This document shows, one piece after another, positions 57,365-64,000 of a stretch of DNA of 64,000 nucleotides. The translations under genes and the position numbers were made by a program. Position 1 is the first letter of the stretch; each line of letters opens with the position of its first letter. This DNA is from a virus. A model generated the notes under the pieces. The model saw only the letters and a program-made list of their open reading frames with translations. It ran no database searches and was not told the DNA's origin. The stretch is from the IMG/VR virus record IMGVR_UViG_3300020201_000010; one strand, 5' to 3'.

Positions 57365-57992
57365 AATTAAAATTCTTTTTATATCTAGTAATTTTTTCTA
57401 TATGGTATAGTTTAGATATAATTTCTTTTTGTTTCATGGTTAAAAAGGGCCAAAAATTATGTTTGGCAGGATCCGCATTTGCCGATAAGATATTTTTATT
57501 TTGGTCTAGTTTGATAGCCCATTCAATCTCTCTTACTGTTAAACCATTAACATAATAACTGTCAATATCTTTTGTTAAATCTGACTTATAAATATTACCA
57601 AAAGGCAATATATCATAGTAATCAAAGTCAGGATAATTTCTAATTATAATATCGGTTTTAGAAATATCACCAACAATTAAATTATTATCACCAGCAACAT
57701 GTTTACAATATGTAGCGCACAGATTATGTTTAGTATTTTCATTAAGATCGATTATCCAACTATTAAATAAAGGTTCGTCATATATGTAATATTTAATATT
57801 ATTATCTGTGCAAAACTTTTTTGACTCAGCATTATTTAATATAACAGCTGTTGTTTTTATCTGAGTTTGTTTACAAATTAAACAAAGCTCTTTATTAATC
57901 TCGTGTATGTCACTAAGGTTAATTAAAAGATCAGTTTTACTACTTTGATTAACATATTTAATTAACCAACTTACGATTTTTTGCTTATCCAT
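57348..57992 (-). CDS. Hypothetical protein
   Basis: ORF track. Confidence 0.7.
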   Translation of the reverse strand: MDKQKIVSWLIKYVNQSSKTDLLINLSDIHEINKELCLICKQTQIKTTAVILNNAESKKFCTDNNIKYYIYDEPLFNSWIIDLNENTKHNLCATYCKHVAGDNNLIVGDISKTDIIIRNYPDFDYYDILPFGNIYKSDLTKDIDSYYVNGLTVREIEWAIKLDQNKNILSANADPAKHNFWPFLTMKQKEIISKLYHIEKITRYKKNFNYDIFE

Positions 57993-58010
57993 ATTTGTTA
58001 TAAATTATAT

Positions 58011-58343
58011 TTATCTTCTATTAGATTTAAGATCTGATATATAAGAATTAGTTAAAACTGCTTCAATTTTAATTTTATTAACATCTTCTTTAACAGAGCT
58101 AAGATCCTGTTTTTGCTGAGTTTGTTCTTTAGATATAATTTCAAGAACATTACTAATTTTCTCAGTAGCATCAGTTAATTTTTTCACTTGTTCTTTTGTT
58201 TCATCGGCTTCTTTTGATGCCTGAGTAAATTTAGCATAAATAAGACTGGCTGAGAAAGTAGTTGTTATAACAAATATAACAGCCAGTATCAACTGGTTTA
58301 AACTTAAGCTAAATTTAGATTCTGGTTTTAAAGATATTGACAT
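58011..58343 (-). CDS. Single-TM coiled-coil protein, copy 2
   Basis: About 18 substitutions in 110 aa vs 47722..48054 by manual alignment. Confidence 0.8.
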   Translation of the reverse strand: MSISLKPESKFSLSLNQLILAVIFVITTTFSASLIYAKFTQASKEADETKEQVKKLTDATEKISNVLEIISKEQTQQKQDLSSVKEDVNKIKIEAVLTNSYISDLKSNRR

Positions 58344-58379
58344 AGCAATAAAATGACAAAATATGCAGATATTACCTTA

Positions 58380-58958
58380 TTACAAATGAGGTTCTCTTTT
58401 AATGTAATTAAGATGATCTAGCTTTGATTCCATAAGTTTAGACCATAATACATAAGTGTTTTGAGTATCAACAATAGCGCTATGTGCACCTAATTTTGGT
58501 TTAATTCCAGCGTGAGCTAGGGATGCCTCAAGAGTTAATTTTGGTTTAACAATCCCATTTATATAAGTTAAACCTCTTGTGAATTCTTTTGTGCACATCC
58601 AAAGATGTGCTGGGAATTTTTTATTACATTTATCCCAAAAAGCATGACTAAACCTTCTGTCAAATGGGGCAGAATGAGCAATGAAACACCTATGCTCAGG
58701 AGTCAGTCCGTCTTGAAGTATAAAATTGTTGCAATACTCTACCACATCTTCTTTATTTTCACCTTTTAAAAGGTCTTCGTAAGTTTTCTTAGTGATAGCA
58801 AGAGCTTCTGGGTGAGCTGTCTCTGGATGCTCGCATTTAACGATTTTGTTAATTTGCATACGGTCAGAACAACGAATAATCGAAACTTCTGTCACTTCGC
58901 TTAAGGAAGTTGACACGCCTGTTGTTTCATAATCAATAATATAATATGCTAAAGCCAT
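58380..58958 (-). CDS. DEDDh 3'-5' exonuclease (DnaQ-like)
   Basis: IDYETTG, AHSAPFD, AHSAIVD; probable start 58958. Confidence 0.9.
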   Translation of the reverse strand: MALAYYIIDYETTGVSTSLSEVTEVSIIRCSDRMQINKIVKCEHPETAHPEALAITKKTYEDLLKGENKEDVVEYCNNFILQDGLTPEHRCFIAHSAPFDRRFSHAFWDKCNKKFPAHLWMCTKEFTRGLTYINGIVKPKLTLEASLAHAGIKPKLGAHSAIVDTQNTYVLWSKLMESKLDHLNYIKREPHL

Positions 58959-59191
58959 TAAAACCTTTTCGTGTATCTTATCATGTTGGTTCCCCAATCA
59001 TAAATACTAGCAATAGTTTTTTTTATTTGATTGGTTTTGAGTTCAGGCGGGGATGATAGTTTGCCCATACCTTTTGTGTAATTTTCAAGAGCTTCTTCAG
59101 GAGATACTGCTAAAACTCTGTATTTTAGCTTCACCGGAACAAACCCCTCTACTTGTACGGAATAATATTTTTCTTTTTCTTTTGTATCCAT
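58958..59191 (-). CDS. Hypothetical protein
   Basis: ORF track; AGGA RBS. Confidence 0.7.
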   Translation of the reverse strand: MDTKEKEKYYSVQVEGFVPVKLKYRVLAVSPEEALENYTKGMGKLSSPPELKTNQIKKTIASIYDWGTNMIRYTKRF

Positions 59192-59212
59192 GAATGTTCC
59201 TGTATTAAAGTG

Positions 59213-60052
59213 ATGGCTTATTTAGACCCTGAGATGAATCAATTATTAAATTATTTTGGTATGGCAGCAGAATCATTGCCAGAACCACCTGTGTCGGAAC
59301 GTCAACCATCTGTGGATTTATATAACATCATATCTCAATCTAATAAATATTTATCAGGATTAGATCCTGCAGTTGAAGTTTTAGCTAAAAAATTAATTGT
59401 TGAATGTTTAAAAAAAGGCATTCAGGTTGAGCTTACTAGCGGTTATAGAACATTGACTGAACAAGATAAGTTATATCAGCAAGGACGTGGCGCTAATGGT
59501 GATATTGTTACTGGAGCAAAAGCTGGCATGTCTCATCATAATTGGGGTTTAGCGTTTGACGTAGCTCCATTAAATGATGAAGGCGAACCTCATTGGCCAA
59601 ATGACAATTCTTTATGGTCTAACATTGGTAATATTGGTAAGTCATTAGGTTTAAAATGGGGAGGTGATTTTTCTAATAGAAAAGATTATTCTCATTTCGA
59701 AGCCAATACACCTTTAGCTGATCTTCTTACAGGCAAGACTCGAAGTATTTATAGTGATCTTAACTTATCAAGAGTACAAAAAAATCCTGTAAAACAAAAT
59801 GTAAAACAAACTGTAACGGTTTCAAAACCATCTAATGGTTATAAACGAATGACTCAAGCAGGCCATGAACTACAACAGATTGCTCAACATATATTAAAAG
59901 AAACTAGAGGAGAGCCTATTGGTACTAAAGTTCCTTTTCAATTAGGCGGTAAAGAATATATGGCCGTAAGAGAAATTCATAATAATGGTCCTAATGCAAG
60001 AGAAGGTTTAAATGTGGACCATCCAGGAATTAGTTTATTTGAAAAGGTTTAA
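59213..60052 (+). CDS. M15-family L-Ala-D-Glu peptidase (endolysin-like); probable start 59213
   Basis: SGYRT..EQ..LYQQGR, SHHNWGLAFD, WGGDF...DYSHFE. Confidence 0.9.
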   Translation: MAYLDPEMNQLLNYFGMAAESLPEPPVSERQPSVDLYNIISQSNKYLSGLDPAVEVLAKKLIVECLKKGIQVELTSGYRTLTEQDKLYQQGRGANGDIVTGAKAGMSHHNWGLAFDVAPLNDEGEPHWPNDNSLWSNIGNIGKSLGLKWGGDFSNRKDYSHFEANTPLADLLTGKTRSIYSDLNLSRVQKNPVKQNVKQTVTVSKPSNGYKRMTQAGHELQQIAQHILKETRGEPIGTKVPFQLGGKEYMAVREIHNNGPNAREGLNVDHPGISLFEKV

Positions 60053-60246
60053 TTATTTTTATTAATTTCCCAACCTAACACTCGCCAAAATTTTCCAGAA
60101 GAGTCATGCTCTGTAGAAAATAACCACATCTTAAATGGTAACGGTTCTTCATAAGCCCAAGGATCTAGCCACTTAATATTACAATTAATATGTGTGCAAT
60201 TTCTAATTTTATTTATTAAGTAATATGCTATTTTTTCTTTTTTCAT
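60049..60246 (-). CDS. Hypothetical protein
   Basis: ORF track. Confidence 0.55.
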   Translation of the reverse strand: MKKEKIAYYLINKIRNCTHINCNIKWLDPWAYEEPLPFKMWLFSTEHDSSGKFWRVLGWEINKNN

Positions 60247-60247
60247 A

Positions 60248-60511
60248 TTATTTTCCTAACTGATATTTAGTTGTAATAATTAACTTAACAACTCTATATT
60301 GTACATCTTCTCTACTTAAATATTTTTTTCCATAAAATATAGCATCATCTATATTTTCATATTGGCTTGCTTCTTCTATATCTACCCATCCAAACTCAAA
60401 CATAGATTCTGCTGGTTTATCACTTGTAAGAAATTTACCTACAAGATTAGGCAATGCTAAACCCATTCGCTGAATCACATATTTATTTTCTTTTATAATT
60501 TTACTTAACAT
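60248..60511 (-). CDS. Hypothetical protein
   Basis: ORF track. Confidence 0.65.
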   Translation of the reverse strand: MLSKIIKENKYVIQRMGLALPNLVGKFLTSDKPAESMFEFGWVDIEEASQYENIDDAIFYGKKYLSREDVQYRVVKLIITTKYQLGK

Positions 60512-60514
60512 ATG

Positions 60515-61012
60515 TTAAAATAAGTTCAACTGTTTATTTCTTTGTAATTTTTCTATAATAAAACTATACTCATTAAGTTCTGATTTATCACGTGATAAAA
60601 TTTTTGTTGCTTGCCATTCTTTTTTATCATAATCAGGAAAGTAAACATCACCTTCAACATAAGAAAGCACGGTTGTACGGTAAAATGTAATACAGCGCGG
60701 TAAAGCTAATTTATATATTTCCGATCCACCAATAATAAAAGGCTGGTCACATGAATGTTTTAAAGCTTCATCAATGGAACGGACAGTTAAACAGTCTTTA
60801 GAACTGTAAGCGGGGTCTCTACTAATAACGATGTTTATTCGGCCAGGTAATGCTCTACCAATTGACTCGTGATTCTTCCGACCCATGATAATCGTTTTAT
60901 TTAAAGTTATTTCTTTAAAGAATAATAAATCTTCCTTTAGTTTCCAAGGAAGCGACTGAGATTTGCCTATAACTCCGTTTATTGATATGGCGGCAATCAT
61001 ATTTATATTCAT
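60515..61012 (-). CDS. folA: Dihydrofolate reductase
   Basis: IAA...GVIG...LPWK.KEDL..FK, IIMGRK...SI...LPGR.N, IIGG..IY, GD.YFP. Confidence 0.96.
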   Translation of the reverse strand: MNINMIAAISINGVIGKSQSLPWKLKEDLLFFKEITLNKTIIMGRKNHESIGRALPGRINIVISRDPAYSSKDCLTVRSIDEALKHSCDQPFIIGGSEIYKLALPRCITFYRTTVLSYVEGDVYFPDYDKKEWQATKILSRDKSELNEYSFIIEKLQRNKQLNLF

Positions 61013-61383
61013 ACAATAACCATCGTTGGCTTATGTTTTTTAGTTAGCCAGGATCCATGATATTCTACATCATTTATCATTGCAAAAGAAGCTATAACTA
61101 TCTTATCACCTTTTTTAAATAAATGAGCAGCACCACCATTTATGAAAAATTCATTATGATTATTCTTCTTATCAATTGAATATAATTTAACATCAATTAC
61201 ATATGTCTGAATTCTATTACCGTTAGTTATATTATAAACATGAACTAATTCATTTGGAAGTATGCCTGATTCATTTAAGTAATACTTGCTAATAAAAATA
61301 CTATCTTGGTCATGATGGTAATAATTAACATTGGTTTCAGTAACATAAGCTTGTATTTTTGATTTAAGGACATTAATTAGCAT
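61009..61383 (-). CDS. panD: Aspartate 1-decarboxylase-like (pyruvoyl) protein with an atypical cleavage loop
   Basis: LKSKI, GILPNE.V...NITNG.RI.TYVI, INGGAAHL...GD..VI..F. Confidence 0.8.
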   Translation of the reverse strand: MLINVLKSKIQAYVTETNVNYYHHDQDSIFISKYYLNESGILPNELVHVYNITNGNRIQTYVIDVKLYSIDKKNNHNEFFINGGAAHLFKKGDKIVIASFAMINDVEYHGSWLTKKHKPTMVIV

Positions 61384-61384
61384 A

Positions 61385-62011
61385 TTAAACTTTCTTTCGT
61401 GATCTTTCTTTTCTTTCAGTCATCCATTGACCAACAGTTAAACCTGAAGGTAAAATTGCCGTATGTTCTGGTACAACAAAAAAGACAGCAGAGTATTGCC
61501 AATCATCGGAAGCCACTACTTCATGTTTGGTTGCTGCTGCTCCATTAATTTCTGTGACCAACTCTCCTAAATGTATTCCTGGATAGTATTCTCGAACTCT
61601 TTGCAGTAAAGGATCATTTTCTCCATCAAGATATTTAAATGTATCTAATGTATTTCTATACATACTTATAGTAAATAAATCAAAGTCAACATGAGGAGCT
61701 GTTGTAGCTCCTGGTTGATATTGAAGAATACGTAATGTTGAATCTGGCCCAGGATAGAATTCTTCTGGTAAGTTGAGCATGTATGAAGCACATAAAGCTT
61801 CATTCTTTGCCATTTCATAAAGAGCTATAATATCTGGAATTTGATCTTCAATGCTAGCAAAGTATTTTGGTGCTATGTGTGCGTAACGTTTAAGATCATC
61901 CCAGATATTATCACCATTAGGACTTTCAATTACAGAAGGCTTAAAACCTGTATTAAATGAGGAGAATGCAAATGACGAGAGCGTGTTGTATTGTTCTTGA
62001 GTAAATGTCAT
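61385..62011 (-). CDS. 2-oxoglutarate/Fe(II) dioxygenase, IPNS-like fold
   Basis: LRILQY...PHVDFDLFT (HxD), GE, TKHEV (distal His), YSAVFF. Confidence 0.8.
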   Translation of the reverse strand: MTFTQEQYNTLSSFAFSSFNTGFKPSVIESPNGDNIWDDLKRYAHIAPKYFASIEDQIPDIIALYEMAKNEALCASYMLNLPEEFYPGPDSTLRILQYQPGATTAPHVDFDLFTISMYRNTLDTFKYLDGENDPLLQRVREYYPGIHLGELVTEINGAAATKHEVVASDDWQYSAVFFVVPEHTAILPSGLTVGQWMTERKERSRKKV

Positions 62012-62049
62012 AATTTTCTTATTGATAAAATAGCTATTGCTTAATATTA

Positions 62050-62913
62050 TTACACTGCTACTGGAACTTTAATGCTTGGTCCGGGATTATAATCTATAAT
62101 ATTAAAATCATCTAAAGTATATGAGAATATATCTTTAGCTTTATTTAAAATTAATTTTGGGCTGTCAGGAATAATATTATTTGTGGCAGTAATATATTGC
62201 TTAACCGCTTGGTCTTGATTTAAATATATATGCGCATTATGAATATTATGTATTAGTTTGTAAGGAGTTAATTCACATTGTTGAGCAAGCATGTAGGTTA
62301 GTGCTGAGTAGAAAAAAATATTAGCTGAAATTCCTGGAAGCCAATCACCACTACGTTGTGTTAAAATCCCAGTTAATCTTTTCTTACTATCAACATTTAA
62401 ATAAAAATTGAAATGGCAAGGAGGTAATTTAACCCTATCACTACACACATCTTTAGCATTCCATAAATCCATCATTATTCTTCTGGATATTGGGTTGCCT
62501 CTAAGCTCATCTACTATAAATTGCACTTGGTCAAAACCACCAGGATCAGAATTGCGTAAAGAATAGTCTCCACCTTGATGACGCATTTGCCAACCATATA
62601 TTGGGCCTAGCTCACCATCAGCATAACCATTTCGTGTTTCAAATTCTTTATCACGCCAGGCTGTCCAAATTTTAGAACCCATAGCCTCAAGATCATTTAT
62701 ATTTGTTGATCCGGAAAGCATCCACAGAAGTTCGGAGAAAATTGATTTGTAAGCATATTTTCTAACTGTAGGTAGTGGAAAATGTTCGCTGATATCATAA
62801 GTACACTGAACACCTGTTAATGACCTACAGACGATACCTGTACGAGTCTGATTATCATCGCCATATTTATATATTTTCTTTAATGTTTTATCGTAATCTT
62901 TTAGTATGTACAT
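62050..62913 (-). CDS. thyA: Thymidylate synthase
   Basis: ELLW.L.G, GPIYG.Q.R, SRR, LPPCH, QRS.D, AN, AHIY. Confidence 0.92.
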   Translation of the reverse strand: MYILKDYDKTLKKIYKYGDDNQTRTGIVCRSLTGVQCTYDISEHFPLPTVRKYAYKSIFSELLWMLSGSTNINDLEAMGSKIWTAWRDKEFETRNGYADGELGPIYGWQMRHQGGDYSLRNSDPGGFDQVQFIVDELRGNPISRRIMMDLWNAKDVCSDRVKLPPCHFNFYLNVDSKKRLTGILTQRSGDWLPGISANIFFYSALTYMLAQQCELTPYKLIHNIHNAHIYLNQDQAVKQYITATNNIIPDSPKLILNKAKDIFSYTLDDFNIIDYNPGPSIKVPVAV

Positions 62914-62931
62914 ATTATTTACTCCAATATT

Positions 62932-63507
62932 TTAAAAGTCCATGAAATCGCGTTTGGTTGCTAGCGTCACAAGGCGTACACCAGCGGCTATAATAGCGTC
63001 TCGGCCGCCTTCCTGACGATCAACGAGCGCAATGATACCAGCCACTTCGCAGCCGGCATCCTGCAACACTTTGAGAGCTTTAAGGCTTGAGCCACCAGTC
63101 GTTATGACATCTTCAAGCAACGCGACTCGGAGCCCAGGACGCAGGGCTTTGTCGCCTTCGATGCGCTTGGCTGAGCCATGATCTTTAAGCTCTTTGCGAA
63201 CGTAAATGGCAGGGATGGGTGCGCCTCGCTGGAAGCTGATTAGTGAAACTGCTGAAGCCAGCGGGCAACCGCCAAGTTCAACGCCGCACACTGCTTCAAT
63301 TTCACCAAGTTCCACTAGGGCATCGAATATTAGCTCACCAACCAGAGAGTGGCCCTCTGCGGTGAGGATCGTTTGCTTGCAGTCGATGAAGAAGTCACTT
63401 TCACTACCTGATACTAGAGTAACTTTCTTTTTTTCGAAGCTGAGCTGGCTCAGTAGTTCGACGAGACGTGCGCGCTTTTGTTCCATGGCTATTGTTGTTA
63501 GCATCAC
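62932..63507 (-). CDS. pyrE: Orotate phosphoribosyltransferase (GC-rich)
   Basis: VTL.SG..SDFFIDCK, GVELGG, VRKE.KDHG, LEDVITTGGS, LVDR.EGG. Confidence 0.93.
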   Translation of the reverse strand: MMLTTIAMEQKRARLVELLSQLSFEKKKVTLVSGSESDFFIDCKQTILTAEGHSLVGELIFDALVELGEIEAVCGVELGGCPLASAVSLISFQRGAPIPAIYVRKELKDHGSAKRIEGDKALRPGLRVALLEDVITTGGSSLKALKVLQDAGCEVAGIIALVDRQEGGRDAIIAAGVRLVTLATKRDFMDF

Positions 63508-63836
63508 TCTATAATCTCCTGTATCATTAATTGTTCTCGAAAATTAGTTGCTTTGATTTTATCAAGTTGGTTTATGAAATCTTGACATGTATATTTTTTA
63601 TTTAAACTATAAATCGTATTATCATCTGTTGGGCAGAATATAATACCTATATGCTCAAGCCCTGTGATGCAATCAAAAAGAAAGTCTCCAATTGGGTTAT
63701 ATGACCAGTAAATCCATTTATGTTTCTCAAAACTATAATTTTTCAGATCAAATAGATATTCGTGTATCATACTTTCTAATATATCTATGTCATAATTGCA
63801 ATCGTGGCTTAAGGTTCCTATATTAAATTTGGTCAC
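63504..63836 (-). CDS. Hypothetical protein, IIE-tail family (MIQEIIE*)
   Basis: ORF track; GTGA overlap with pyrE. Confidence 0.75.
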   Translation of the reverse strand: MTKFNIGTLSHDCNYDIDILESMIHEYLFDLKNYSFEKHKWIYWSYNPIGDFLFDCITGLEHIGIIFCPTDDNTIYSLNKKYTCQDFINQLDKIKATNFREQLMIQEIIE

Positions 63837-63861
63837 TCAATAATTTCCCGAATTATTTTAA

Positions 63862-64000
63862 TTAAATCTCTAATTTGCTGTGAGTCTTGGATTCAATTAT
63901 TCCAGCATTGGAGATTTCAATAAATTCTACACCAGTAGTTTTAAGATCATTTAAGTTAAAAACGCCCTGATAAGAACATGCACTTCTAATGCCATTATGA
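63862..64000 (-). CDS. 3' end of an IMP dehydrogenase/GMP reductase family gene (partial)
   Basis: Manual translation ...GIRSACSYQGVFNLNDLK...EFIEISNAGIIESKTHSKLEI*, resembling the GLRS...Y.G...I.EL...F..I..AG..ES..H C-terminus. Confidence 0.7.
   Translation of the reverse strand, partial: HNGIRSACSYQGVFNLNDLKTTGVEFIEISNAGIIESKTHSKLEI

Noticed and set aside
1010-63836. IIE tail as an integron attC-like DNA recombination site
   Set aside because: No palindromic R/L boxes or GTT core; variation is mostly synonymous; no integrase in the window. A micro-homology role is not excluded.
1-64000. Alternative genetic code (TAG/TGA recoding as in some huge phages)
   Set aside because: Recognisable genes are full length and end at TAA, TGA (nrdB) and TAG (SF2 helicase) at the expected positions.
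1-64000. Eukaryotic giant virus (NCLDV) origin suggested by AT-richness, glycan genes and repeat nucleases
   Set aside because: Shine-Dalgarno sites, overlapping operons, sigma factor, DnaB/DnaC-like genes, IF-1 and peptidoglycan peptidases indicate a bacterial virus.
1-64000. tRNA or rRNA genes
   Set aside because: No cloverleaf or rRNA-like segment recognised by eye; intergenic gaps are short and AT-rich. tRNAscan-SE/ARAGORN would be needed to exclude them formally.

Overview
This AT-rich, gene-dense 64 kb window is best read as part of a very large (jumbo/huge) tailed bacteriophage genome using the standard genetic code. Genes lie on the + strand to about 56.0 kb and on the - strand after that, with one inverted peptidase gene. 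Modules in order: (1) a ribonucleotide reductase nrdB-nrdA pair; (2) a large glycan biosynthesis region with GT2/GT4/other glycosyltransferases, gmd, fcl, a DegT-type aminotransferase, a PglD/PerB-type acetyltransferase, FkbM and GNAT genes; (3) a tubulin/FtsZ-family GTPase, SF2 helicase, DnaC-like loader, DnaB helicase, sigma factor and Met aminopeptidase; (4) a mosaic tail fibre/spike region containing a roughly 3.5 kb GC-rich insert fused in frame; (5) a minus-strand block with IF-1, a macro domain, a DEDDh exonuclease, folA, a panD-like gene, a 2OG-Fe(II) oxygenase, thyA, a GC-rich pyrE and the 3' end of an IMPDH/GMP-reductase. Six free-standing homing-endonuclease-like genes are interspersed. 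The most striking unexplained signal is a set of 15 small ORFs with no recognisable domain that all end in the same C-terminal peptide, x-I-K-[N/D/E/Q]-I-I-E-stop. The motif is conserved at protein level with synonymous codon variation, and one further copy has no ORF of its own. It suggests a shared C-terminal targeting or docking tag. All product calls are by motif recognition; no database searches were run.
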